Notes under the pieces: generated by a model
Databases searched by the model: none
Told to the model about the DNA's origin: nothing
What the model saw: the letters and a program-made list of their open reading frames with translations, nothing else
Shown here: piece after piece, positions 1 to 8,782 of the stretch
Layout: every line of letters starts with the position of its first letter
Numbering within the stretch: the first letter of the stretch is position 1
Translations under genes and position numbers: made by a program
DNA from: an uncultured candidate division Zixibacteria bacterium
Lineage (GTDB): Bacteria; Zixibacteria; MSB-5A5; UBA10806; 4484-95
NCBI GenBank assembly: GCA_963668625.2
Contig: CAXXKA010000002.1
Location: forward strand, 1 to 44,562
Reading direction: 5' to 3'
Length of the DNA: 44,562 bases

Positions 1-375
1 CTCGATCGCTACACTGTAACCTACGGTATCGAGATACGATATCGGTATCAACAACATTATTGCTACTATCGCGGCAATCGCGGTTATGCCGAAACTGAAT
101 CTCGGGTGTTGTTTAATCTCATTTTTTACTCTGGCCATTATGGATATCTCCCTGTTCTCGATTTTTACGGATTCTTCGATTACCCGGGCTTTCACCTGTT
201 CGAAATTCGGGGAATCAGTATAACTTTGACCGCTTACGGCCGTTAACATCGAATCGAGCATTCCTGCCAGTTCGACTTCCCTGGAGCAGCTTAGACAGTT
301 TTTGATATGCTCGATATGCTCCGGAGTCAATTCGAACTTGTTATTCAGATGATGTTTCACTTCGCGGCAAAGCAT
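1..375 (-). CDS. Zinc-binding (ZAS/zf-HC2) membrane anti-sigma factor, 3'-truncated by the window edge
   Basis: Not in the ORF track. Hand translation from ATG 375 (alternative ATG 387) is open to base 1: MLCREVKHHL...EHIKNCLSCSRE (HxxxCxxC), later a hydrophobic helix FSFGITAIAAIVAIMLLIPI. Overlaps the 3' end of the ECF sigma gene. Confidence 0.8.
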   Translation of the reverse strand, partial: MLCREVKHHLNNKFELTPEHIEHIKNCLSCSREVELAGMLDSMLTAVSGQSYTDSPNFEQVKARVIEESVKIENREISIMARVKNEIKQHPRFSFGITAIAAIVAIMLLIPISYLDTVGYSVAIE

Positions 376-895
376 AGTCCGTCTCATTCGTTATTGTTTT
401 CGTTTTATCCCGGGAAAGATATCTTTCCAGTTCGCCGCGCATTTTTGCCCGCGCTCGCGAAAGTTTCGATTTTATCGTTCCCGAGGGGTTTACCATGCAA
501 CTCCGACAGCTCGACAATGCTCCAGCCCTCCATCTCGTACAGACTGATTAACGCTCTCTCCTCGGTTGTCAGGGCTTTAAAAACACGCCTTACCCATATC
601 CCGGCATCGAGCCGACGGGTTGGGTCATGTGATTCAGTCGGCGATTTTGCACCTTTTGCGCCGAACCATTTCAGCCGTCGGCCAATTGCTTTTGTATTTG
701 TTGACAATGATCCGATATAGCCAGGGGCGAAACGAATCGTTATCGCGAAGCTTTCCGCGCTTGCTGTAGGCACGCATCAAGGACTCGTGATAAAGATCAT
801 CTCCATCATCCTTGTTTGCCGTCAGCTTTCTGCAGAATCCCCGTGCTCGTGAATGTTCCGCTTCCAGCAATTTCCAGAACAGGTTCCTATTTCAT
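341..895 (-). pseudogene. ECF (group 4 sigma-70) sigma factor with three +1 frameshifts (pseudogene or sequencing error)
   Basis: Region 2 (DDLYHESLMRAY...SFRPWLYRIIVN) is in ORF 634-870. Region 4 (LTTEERALISLYEMEGWSIVELSEL) is in ORF 405-773. The end GTIKSKLSRARAKMR is in a third frame stopping at TAA 341-343. Removing one base each at about 890-892, 684-693 and 485-488 restores one ORF from ATG 895. Confidence 0.8.
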
Positions 896-907
896 AAGTC
901 TATTTAT

Positions 908-936
908 TAGACGGTTAAGCCTTATAATCGGTTGCA
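908..936 (-). promoter_or_regulatory. ECF-type promoter, likely autoregulatory
   Basis: Minus strand reads TGCAAC-N17-CGTCTA, 12 nt upstream of the sigma ATG. This matches the AAC/CGT pattern typical of ECF promoters. Confidence 0.6.
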
Positions 937-1039
937 TTGTCCGGCCGGAACTATAATAATGTTAAATATGGTTATTATATTGATGAAAATAGAGATGGCT
1001 ATACATTAGCCTGGCAAGATGAGGAGTAGGTGAGACGAT

Positions 1040-1240
1040 ATGATCAAGAAAACCGATTTTATCGAGGATCTGCTGGCCGACTATGATGGTATCAACAAGC
1101 ACTTGATGACAAAGGGTGTTGTTTGCACTCAATGCGGCGAGCCTGTCTGGGGAACGCTCGAAGAGGTGGTAAAGGCCAAAGGGCTAAATGTTGATGATAT
1201 CCTTAAAGAACTAAACGAGCTCTTTCCCTCGCAGAAATAG
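1040..1240 (+). CDS. Small DUF1858-like CxxC protein
   Basis: 66 aa with I-x-D-L-L, G-x-x-C-x-x-C, TLEEVVKAKGLNVDDILKELN; purine-rich RBS upstream. Confidence 0.7.
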   Translation: MIKKTDFIEDLLADYDGINKHLMTKGVVCTQCGEPVWGTLEEVVKAKGLNVDDILKELNELFPSQK

Positions 1241-1420
1241 ATTTAAGCTTCTAAACCTGAAGCGTAGCACGGGCATTTTGCTCGTGTGGCAGACAGACTG
1301 ATTTTACACAATACTCCAAGTTTGTGGTTGGCTGGCAGGGAGAGGCAATCCAAAAGTTTATACATTGGGTGGATGTAGGGACAGTCACACCGGCTAAACT
1401 GGTGTGTTTATAGCATCAAT

Positions 1421-1453
1421 AAAAAAACGGGCCGACAATATATCGACCCGTTT
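1421..1453 (-). terminator. Rho-independent terminator of the leftward redox/signalling operon
   Basis: Minus strand: CGGGTCGA / 7-nt loop / TCGGCCCG followed by T7, about 25 nt after the stop at 1479. Confidence 0.7.
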
Positions 1454-1478
1454 GAGATTTAATCTCAATAGCTCTAAC

Positions 1479-2000
1479 TTATTTATTCTTATCGCGTAAG
1501 AGTTTTTTGATTTGCTCTAATGTATCAGGGTCAGCCTCGTCAACCAGGTTCTTGACCTCGCTTTCGAGCTTGACCTTATTAGCTGCCTGGGCTTCCTCCT
1601 CAGAGGTATCCATACCCAGGAGTGATTTGATAGCCGCGATATAGTTATTCGGTTTTACCGGTTTCTCGAGATAAATACCGGGCCCGGACATGGTCAGGTT
1701 TTTAAGGTCGGCCTTGCCGAGGTCATCCCGGGCATGGCCGGTTACGATGATGATCGGGATTTTCGACCATTCTTTATCTTTTTGTAAATTGTGATGAAAC
1801 TTGGCGCCGGAGTGCTTCGGCATCACCAAATCGAGCGAGATAAGATCAGGTTTGTTTTCCTTGACTATCTCCAGAGCCTGCAAACCGTCATTGGCGGTTA
1901 ACACGTTGAAACCGGCCTCGATAAGCGCCACCGATAAAAACTTCCTGACATCTTCCTCGTCATCAACAACTAAAATAGTTTTCTTGTCGTCATCGGCCAT
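1479..2000 (-). CDS. Receiver-domain response regulator with a short C-terminal helical tail
   Basis: ILVVDDE, LISLDLVMP (phospho-Asp), IVTG, LEKP. Confidence 0.9.
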   Translation of the reverse strand: MADDDKKTILVVDDEEDVRKFLSVALIEAGFNVLTANDGLQALEIVKENKPDLISLDLVMPKHSGAKFHHNLQKDKEWSKIPIIIVTGHARDDLGKADLKNLTMSGPGIYLEKPVKPNNYIAAIKSLLGMDTSEEEAQAANKVKLESEVKNLVDEADPDTLEQIKKLLRDKNK

Positions 2001-2015
2001 ATTTATACTCCTGTT

Positions 2016-3488
2016 TTAGGAATTGTTGTTTTCTTCATCCTCGTACAGCATCATAAGGCGTCTGCGTGGGAGCTCGATCGTGAACCTGGCGCCCTCGTTG
2101 GCCTCTGAGCGAACGGTAATCTTACCGCCGTGTTCCTGGACGATCTTCCGGGTGGTCAGAAGTCCCAGCCCGGTGCCTTCGCCGCCTTTGGTAGTGAAAA
2201 AAGTCGTGAATATCTTCTTCTTTATATCATAATTAATTCCGCAACCGCTGTCAATCACCTCGAAATAGATAACGCCCTTTTCCTCCCGGGTTCTTATCTT
2301 AACGAAACACTCGCTTTTCTCACTCATCTGGCAAGCATCGATAGCGTTCGATACCAGGTTGGTGAGACAGGTGTGCATACCCTTGGGATCGAGCGGCGCT
2401 TTCTGAAGGTCATGAGCCAGTTCGACATCCAGGTTGACTCCGGCTCTCCTGGCAATTTCTTTATAGAGTTGAACGATTTCTATAACGATCTCATTCGGGT
2501 CAACCATTTTCACCTCCGGTAGCCTGCCTTTGGAAAAACTCAGGAAGTCTTTAACCAGCGTGGTGGTTTTCTCGAAATTGCGTTCGAGCATCTCCCAGCC
2601 CTGCGAGATCATCTCCTTGTCATCCTTGTTAAGCCCCAGGCTGACGATATACATGCCGCCCTCGAGCCCCATCAGGATATTTTTGATACTGTGTGCCAAC
2701 CCGGCAACGGTCTGACCGACAGCGGCTAAGCGTTCGGCCTCCACCACGTCCTTTTCGAGTTTTCTAATCTCGGTGATATCGGTTGATATCTCGATTACGT
2801 GATGCACCTTACCCTCGCCTCGTGTTAATGGCGCAGTGGTTACGATGTACTCCGTTTTCTCGCCTTCTTTGTTGATACCGACCTGGTTCGATTTGTGTAT
2901 CTTGCCGTCCTTGAATGTCCGACTGGCGGGACAATGCGCGCATTTCTTCTTGCTCTTTTTATATATCTCGAAACAATGCTTGTTTTTTACCGCGCCGCCG
3001 AACTCCTTACGGAACGCCTCGTTGGCTCTCAGTACTTTCAAATCTGAGCTGATTACCGTCACGTAACAGGGTACCCTGTCGAATAGTATCTGGTACTCCT
3101 CCTGCCATTGACGGGTCGCGGTTACATCAGAGGACATTTCCACCACGTACTCGACCGGCCCGTTCTTGCGAGTTCTGATAGGAGCGATATGCACGACATA
3201 ATGCTTTTGTTTGCCGTGCTTATCTATGCCTACCCGGTCGATCACCCGCGTTTTACCGTCCTCGAATACTGCCAGTGATTCGCAATCTTTACAGGGGCTG
3301 TCGAATTTCTGATATACCTTATAGCATTTCTGCTTCTTCCAATCACCAAAGTACTCTTTGAAATTGTTATTGGCCTCAACGACATTATAATCCTTATCGA
3401 TTATCGCCACGTTGAACGGGATCTGCTCGAACAACTGTTTGTGCATCCACTGCCGAAGCTCTGCTATTGATTTTTTCTTTGCCGGCAT
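2016..3488 (-). CDS. Cytoplasmic PAS-PAS histidine kinase
   Basis: Two PAS repeats, each with C-x10-C-x2-C; H-box LAHSIKN, N-box NLVSNAIDA, DSGCG, FFTTK, GTGLGL; no TM helix. Confidence 0.9.
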   Translation of the reverse strand: MPAKKKSIAELRQWMHKQLFEQIPFNVAIIDKDYNVVEANNNFKEYFGDWKKQKCYKVYQKFDSPCKDCESLAVFEDGKTRVIDRVGIDKHGKQKHYVVHIAPIRTRKNGPVEYVVEMSSDVTATRQWQEEYQILFDRVPCYVTVISSDLKVLRANEAFRKEFGGAVKNKHCFEIYKKSKKKCAHCPASRTFKDGKIHKSNQVGINKEGEKTEYIVTTAPLTRGEGKVHHVIEISTDITEIRKLEKDVVEAERLAAVGQTVAGLAHSIKNILMGLEGGMYIVSLGLNKDDKEMISQGWEMLERNFEKTTTLVKDFLSFSKGRLPEVKMVDPNEIVIEIVQLYKEIARRAGVNLDVELAHDLQKAPLDPKGMHTCLTNLVSNAIDACQMSEKSECFVKIRTREEKGVIYFEVIDSGCGINYDIKKKIFTTFFTTKGGEGTGLGLLTTRKIVQEHGGKITVRSEANEGARFTIELPRRRLMMLYEDEENNNS

Positions 3489-3497
3489 ATCATCTCT

Positions 3498-3905
3498 CTA
3501 TTTCGCTTTTTGTGAAGACTGCTCTATCAACCTCTCGACCGTTTTGATAAACTTGGCGCGGTTTATGGGTTTCTCGATATATTCTTGCGGTGGAGGTATC
3601 GACTCATCAGGTACCAGCTTCCGAAACTCGAAATCCTCCTCGCTAACCACACCGCTGATTATTATAACCGGCGTACCCGCATAACCGGGGTTTTTTCTGA
3701 CCTTCTCGTACAAGGCCAATCCCAGTTCCTGCGGCATCATGATATCGAGGCAGAGAAGATCGGGTTCGGCAATCTTGAACATATCGAATCCCTCATCGGC
3801 GTTTTCCGCCGAAAATACCGTATAACCCTCGTTCTCCAGTACTGTCGAGAGGTATGTTACCACATCTTTCTCGTCATCGACTATAAGAATTTTGCCATCG
3901 GCCAT
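3498..3905 (-). CDS. Single-domain response regulator (receiver)
   Basis: ILIVDDE, LCLDIMMP, IISG, IEKP. Confidence 0.9.
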   Translation of the reverse strand: MADGKILIVDDEKDVVTYLSTVLENEGYTVFSAENADEGFDMFKIAEPDLLCLDIMMPQELGLALYEKVRKNPGYAGTPVIIISGVVSEEDFEFRKLVPDESIPPPQEYIEKPINRAKFIKTVERLIEQSSQKAK

Positions 3906-3910
3906 ATAAA

Positions 3911-5773
3911 TTAATTACCCTCCTGTGGCAAAACTGGCAATATTACATGATTGAAATATCTTGATTCGAGCCTGGCGAGTACCTCCGGGTTGAGATGCTC
4001 GGGCGCGAAACTCTTATGGCAAGCAGAGCATATATCCATATCCTCTTTTCCAGCCAACTCGACCGCTCTCTTGTGATGGCAATCGAGGCACAGGCCATGC
4101 ATGGCATCCGAATATGACGGCGCCATGTTCGATTCCACCTTTATAGGCGAACCGGCCAGGTACAGATCGTTATGGCAATGCGTGCATTTCTGCGCGGTTG
4201 CGGCGCTTTTGGCCACGCCCTCGGTATGGCAGTCGAAACATTTCAGATTAGCTCCCGATGGCGAGGCGTGCCAGTCATGCCTGAAAGCGTCCGCTTGTTC
4301 GTACATATACATGTGGCAGTTGAAACAGCCGCTTTGCTTGTCCTGTGGCATATTCATGTGATGGCATTGTATACACGATTCGTTACCACCGAGATTGGCA
4401 ACATGTTGTTCATGAGCGAAATGAACTCCGAAACCGTCACGGTTGCCATCGATGTAAAGCGTATCACCGCCGCGCGCCTGTACTACGGTAACTTTCTCCA
4501 CGCCGCCGCTATGGATTTTAGACCCCGGCAGGATAGCGAAACCAATCGCTACGGCAAGGATATAAGCCAGCGAATACTTGGTGCGAGCAGCCAGCCTCGG
4601 GCTTCCCAGCCAGACCTCCGAGCTACGATCGAATACCGGCAATTTGACCGGATCATCTTCTGGATCTACGGGCGGCCTATCCCAGACATTGAATTTCTCA
4701 ACGACGAACAGGAACACCAGTATCGCCGCCGAGATAACGCCGGCCGTGATCGATACCTCCATCCAGGAGGGTAAGTAGAACTCGCCGGTCGTGCCGATCA
4801 TCGTCAGGCCGCCGACATTGATACGGTTGAAAGCCATGCCGAACACGACCATGAACGAAGCCACGAATTGCCAGTTGACATTGTTACGTGTTTTCGGTAT
4901 GGCGAAAATTATCATCGGTATGATTGCGGCAATGAAAAGCTCGGTAATGTACAGGTTGCTCGTCCACGAGCCGTTGAATACCAGGCCGAATTCTCCGGAT
5001 ATTATCAGCTCGCCGAGTTTTACTACCAGGTACAAACCCAGAACCCAGATAGCGGCTACGCCCAGCTTAGCTATCAGATGGGTTTCAGGTTTACGTTTGT
5101 ACAACCAACTCGTTACCAGGCTCTCGAACGAGACCATCATCAAACCGAGAGCGATTGCCGAAATGAAAAATTGAATCGGCAGGATAGCGGTGTACCATAA
5201 TTCCGGTAACTTGAACGGCATGATAAGAATCAGCGAGCCGAGCGAGGACTGGTGTAACGTGGAAAGCATGATACCCAGCAATACGAAAATGAACTTGTAT
5301 TTCAAAAGGAAACTTCTGACTTTTGCATACTTCGAGGTACTCTCCAGGGGTACGGGGGAAAATTCTAACAGCAACACGGTGGTATACAACATCACGCACC
5401 AGCCGACCTCGAACAAGGGAGAGTGGTGATTCCAGAAAATCATCATGTGCCAGATATTCCAGGGCAGACCCAGATCGAACATCAAACTGACGATAACAGC
5501 GACATAGCCCAGGAATGCGGTCAGAACAGCCGGCTTGACCATCGGATGGAATTCATCTTTTTTCATTATGTAGAAAATAGCGGTCATTACGAAACCACCA
5601 GCCGCCAGGGCGACTCCGCCCATTACGTCGAATCCGATCCACAGTCCCCAGGGGGTCGTGTCGGTCAGGTTAGTGGTAGCTCCAAGTCCGAAAACGAAGC
5701 GGGTAATTCCGACCGCGGTCGCCAGCCCGAATACCATCCAGAGAATAGTCTTGAATGTATTTACTCTACTCAT
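3911..5773 (-). CDS. NrfD/HybB/HmcC-family membrane subunit fused to a C-terminal hexaheme cytochrome c3-like domain
   Basis: PWGLWIGFD, DLGLPW, SPLFEVGWCV, LSTLHQSSLG, NRINV, PSWME are HybB/HmcC motifs. After an extra TM helix come six CxxCH: CIQCH, CFNCH, CFDCH, CTHCH, CLDCH, CSACH. Confidence 0.9.
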   Translation of the reverse strand: MSRVNTFKTILWMVFGLATAVGITRFVFGLGATTNLTDTTPWGLWIGFDVMGGVALAAGGFVMTAIFYIMKKDEFHPMVKPAVLTAFLGYVAVIVSLMFDLGLPWNIWHMMIFWNHHSPLFEVGWCVMLYTTVLLLEFSPVPLESTSKYAKVRSFLLKYKFIFVLLGIMLSTLHQSSLGSLILIMPFKLPELWYTAILPIQFFISAIALGLMMVSFESLVTSWLYKRKPETHLIAKLGVAAIWVLGLYLVVKLGELIISGEFGLVFNGSWTSNLYITELFIAAIIPMIIFAIPKTRNNVNWQFVASFMVVFGMAFNRINVGGLTMIGTTGEFYLPSWMEVSITAGVISAAILVFLFVVEKFNVWDRPPVDPEDDPVKLPVFDRSSEVWLGSPRLAARTKYSLAYILAVAIGFAILPGSKIHSGGVEKVTVVQARGGDTLYIDGNRDGFGVHFAHEQHVANLGGNESCIQCHHMNMPQDKQSGCFNCHMYMYEQADAFRHDWHASPSGANLKCFDCHTEGVAKSAATAQKCTHCHNDLYLAGSPIKVESNMAPSYSDAMHGLCLDCHHKRAVELAGKEDMDICSACHKSFAPEHLNPEVLARLESRYFNHVILPVLPQEGN

Positions 5774-5776
5774 AGC

Positions 5777-6535
5777 TTATTCCTCTTCCTTCTTGTCATC
5801 GCCCTGAAGTTTAATGCGGCGTTTGATTATCCAGTTGAGGCCCAGCATCGTAGCGCCCATTCCCAGGAACGCGAACGGTACCGAGTTCATGGCTATCTCG
5901 GTCGTAGAGGGCAACGATTTGGTGCCGAGATCGGCTTTCATCGCCAGGAAACCTAAATCGATATCCGAAACATACAGTACGGAGGTTCCGCCGATTTCAT
6001 GCTCGCCCCAGACCCTGTTGATATACTTGTCGGGTTCCTGTTTTATACGGCGATGCGCCTCGGCGATAAGCTCGTCCCTGTCGCCGAATATGGTCGCACC
6101 GGTGGGGCAGGCCTCTGTACAGCCGGGCTGCTTACCCTGCTTGACCCTGTCGTAGCAGAGGATACATTTCTCTACGTACGGTACGGGCTTGTCCCAATCG
6201 TAGCGGGGGATACCATACGGGCAGGCCATCATGCAGTAGCGACAGCCAAGGCATTTGCCCTTGTCGTACATCACTGTGCCGTTTTCGGTTTTGTGAAGAG
6301 CTCCCACCGGGCAGGCACTGGCGCAGGCCGGTTCCAGGCAGTGACGGCACTGTTTACGGACGAATTTATTATCGGGTTTCCGTATGATAGAGGTCCAGTT
6401 GCGAGCCGAGAGGCCGTCCGATTTTTGCCAGACTTTCGGCACTTCTTGCTCGAGCTTATTGATCTGTTTGCACGCCGATACGCATTGCAAACATCCGATG
6501 CATTTCGTGATATCAGTAAGAATCGCTACGCTCAT
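5777..6535 (-). CDS. 4x[4Fe-4S] HybA/HmcB/FdnH-like electron-transfer subunit with C-terminal membrane anchor
   Basis: CIGCLQCVSAC, CRHCLEPACASACP, CLGCRYCMMACP, KCILC...PGCTEACP; hydrophobic C-terminal helix followed by KRR; ATGA overlap with the upstream stop. Confidence 0.9.
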   Translation of the reverse strand: MSVAILTDITKCIGCLQCVSACKQINKLEQEVPKVWQKSDGLSARNWTSIIRKPDNKFVRKQCRHCLEPACASACPVGALHKTENGTVMYDKGKCLGCRYCMMACPYGIPRYDWDKPVPYVEKCILCYDRVKQGKQPGCTEACPTGATIFGDRDELIAEAHRRIKQEPDKYINRVWGEHEIGGTSVLYVSDIDLGFLAMKADLGTKSLPSTTEIAMNSVPFAFLGMGATMLGLNWIIKRRIKLQGDDKKEEE

Positions 6536-7236
6536 ACCGGCGCTCCTTTCTTGTTGAGAGTTGTGGCGATAGGCTCATCCGTATTGGCCGGAAATCTCCA
6601 GGCTGCCAGAATAATGAACTGCGAGACCGGAACCAGAATACAGTGGGCTATCTTGGTAAACGGGATAGACACGAAAATCAATTCCGCCGAAAGAATATGC
6701 ACGAGCATCAAGAATTGATAAGCCGCCGGCGTGATAGCGAATTGAGCGCAGATAAAGCCGGTGATAAACGGCACGATCAAAAGTATCGGCCAGAAGAAAT
6801 CTTGGAAACGGCTCAACGATCGTGATTCAACAAATGCTACGCGGCCGATAAATAATGCCAGACCGGTAACTATAGTAGTGATCGAAAGCCAACCAGCCGC
6901 GCCATCACTTAATGTAATCCAGCCAAAACCAAGCCCGGATTTCCATAACTCGACATGAGCATATGCGAAAATCGGTACCAGTAGCAAACCGATATGAAAA
7001 ATCACCGATAGTATACTGTATACGGGACGCTTGGCGCCTACCCGGGTAATAGGAAACAGCCAGGTAAGCATCTTTTTAAATGCTGATCCCCAGGGGATAT
7101 TCCTGTCACCGGCTTTTCTGGTGGTCTCGATTAGTCCCCAGATATCCAATGCCAGCACCCGGAGCAAACCCAACACCATAAGGGCGAACGTTATCCTGAA
7201 TAACGGGCCTTTCGCGAATTCGAGTAATGCTTCCAT
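6532..7236 (-). CDS. NarI/HmcE/DsrM-like membrane cytochrome b
   Basis: FAKGPLF, IFHIGLLLVP..AHV, VHILSAEL, IPFTKIAH; several TM helices with conserved His. Confidence 0.85.
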   Translation of the reverse strand: MEALLEFAKGPLFRITFALMVLGLLRVLALDIWGLIETTRKAGDRNIPWGSAFKKMLTWLFPITRVGAKRPVYSILSVIFHIGLLLVPIFAYAHVELWKSGLGFGWITLSDGAAGWLSITTIVTGLALFIGRVAFVESRSLSRFQDFFWPILLIVPFITGFICAQFAITPAAYQFLMLVHILSAELIFVSIPFTKIAHCILVPVSQFIILAAWRFPANTDEPIATTLNKKGAPV

Positions 7237-7238
7237 CT

Positions 7239-8699
7239 TTATTCATCCTCCTGATTTTTCACGGGCTCCTGGACTACCATATCATCAGGATAAATAATCG
7301 CTTTGTACAGCAGATCATGAAGACCGACTATCTCGCAGTCGACCTCGTTATCCTCCATAACCTCGCGCAATTGTTTCTTGCAATTGGCGCACGGTGCAAC
7401 CAGGTATTTCGCTCCCGATTCCCTGACCTGTTCGGCTTTAGTCTTGCCCGCTACATGGGTGCGATAAGGCCGAACCTCATCGATGGACACCGTACCGCCG
7501 CCGCCGCCGCAACAGATTTGTTTCTCGCGATTGGGAGTCATCTCCACGTAATCGGCGCAGATAAATTTTAATAGCTCGCGCGGCTGTTCCAGTATCCATG
7601 CCTGGCGCGCGACATTACAGGGATCGTGATAAGCGACACGTTCCTTAATAGCGTTCTCTTTGAATTTCACCTTGCCTTTCTTCCAGGCGTCATAGGTGTA
7701 TTCCATTATATTGATAACCGGTTTGGCTTTTCTGCCGCCGCAGTATGTCGGTACGTAGTACTTTGCCGAACGCGAGGCGTGCCCGCATTCGCCGATCAAG
7801 ATGTTCGAAGCGTTCAGCCTGTCGGCCTCGGCGTGAACTTTCTTTACTACGCGTTCCAGTATTCTATCGCTATAAAACAGCCCGTAGTTGATACCATCGA
7901 AATACCCCGTGCCTGTCGTCCACTTGTCGCCGGTGGCGGTGAACACGGCCGCTATTCCCATCAAGCTTTCCGCTTCCATCAGGAAATCGCTGACCGCGGG
8001 CATGAACACGTATTGGGTATCCTCCTGGTCTATTGGGAACTTGATATGAACGCCTTTTTCCTCGAGCATATCCTCCTCCAGGAACTCGAGCGTATCCAAC
8101 AACGCCGGTACGGGTATGGCCGAGGTATTGCCGGTTTTGCCCTCTAACTGCTCGCGCGTGGAAACTACCAGCGCCCTCGGGGAGATACCGATCTCTCCCA
8201 GTATATAGCGTGCCAGATGTGTTAACAGGGCGTGATCGACGCCCATCGGACACTCGTTTACACATCTCTTACAAGCGGTGCAATTCCAAACCGATTCGGC
8301 CAACTCCTCCAGATGCTCGTCGGTGAGATGACCTTTGCCGGTTAAACGACCCCTGATCATACCCGAGACAGTGAAATGACGGCGATAGATACTCAGCAGA
8401 AGCTCCGAGCGATAACAGGGAATATCCTTGGGATTTCCGGTAGCCTCGTATATCTGGCAGTTTGTCGCACATCTACCGCATTTAGCGCTGACCCTGATAA
8501 AATGCTCCAGTGCATATCGATATGTCGAATGCTTGAGGATCGCCGCGAACGCCTCCAGGAATCTGCGGGGACGATCCGTAACGTCGTAGTCCTCCACATG
8601 ATACCTGACATCAAGCCGCTGCTTTTCGATTACCTCCGGCTTTTTCGTCTGAGCATAAGCTTTTTGTTTTTCCTCATCGGTGCTGATGCCTTTTGCCAT
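7239..8699 (-). CDS. HmcF/HdrD-like Fe-S oxidoreductase with CCG domain
   Basis: SAKCGRCATNC, CTACKRCVNECPMG, GECGH, YHDPCN, CCGGGGG, APCANC. Confidence 0.85.
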   Translation of the reverse strand: MAKGISTDEEKQKAYAQTKKPEVIEKQRLDVRYHVEDYDVTDRPRRFLEAFAAILKHSTYRYALEHFIRVSAKCGRCATNCQIYEATGNPKDIPCYRSELLLSIYRRHFTVSGMIRGRLTGKGHLTDEHLEELAESVWNCTACKRCVNECPMGVDHALLTHLARYILGEIGISPRALVVSTREQLEGKTGNTSAIPVPALLDTLEFLEEDMLEEKGVHIKFPIDQEDTQYVFMPAVSDFLMEAESLMGIAAVFTATGDKWTTGTGYFDGINYGLFYSDRILERVVKKVHAEADRLNASNILIGECGHASRSAKYYVPTYCGGRKAKPVINIMEYTYDAWKKGKVKFKENAIKERVAYHDPCNVARQAWILEQPRELLKFICADYVEMTPNREKQICCGGGGGTVSIDEVRPYRTHVAGKTKAEQVRESGAKYLVAPCANCKKQLREVMEDNEVDCEIVGLHDLLYKAIIYPDDMVVQEPVKNQEDE

Positions 8700-8782
8700 C
8701 TAACCTCCATTTGCTTTGACTTCAACCATCCGAATAGCTTCGCTATCCGGGCAGTTTGTTTATTTGAATTGTTTATTAAATT

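Noticed and set aside
307-720. Plus-strand 137-aa ORF and the many other antisense or nested ORFs in the track (e.g. 4172-4774, 5999-6718, 8376-8957, 23420-23998, 36557-37063)
   Set aside because: They overlap well-supported genes and show no family motifs; shadow ORFs.
1255-1420. 6S RNA or SRP RNA call
   Set aside because: No SRP core motif and no convincing 6S closing stem with central bubble; kept only as an unassigned structured region.
6532-8699. DsrMK, implying dissimilatory sulfate reduction
   Set aside because: No dsrAB, dsrC or dsrJ in the window; the subunit set fits an Hmc-like complex better.
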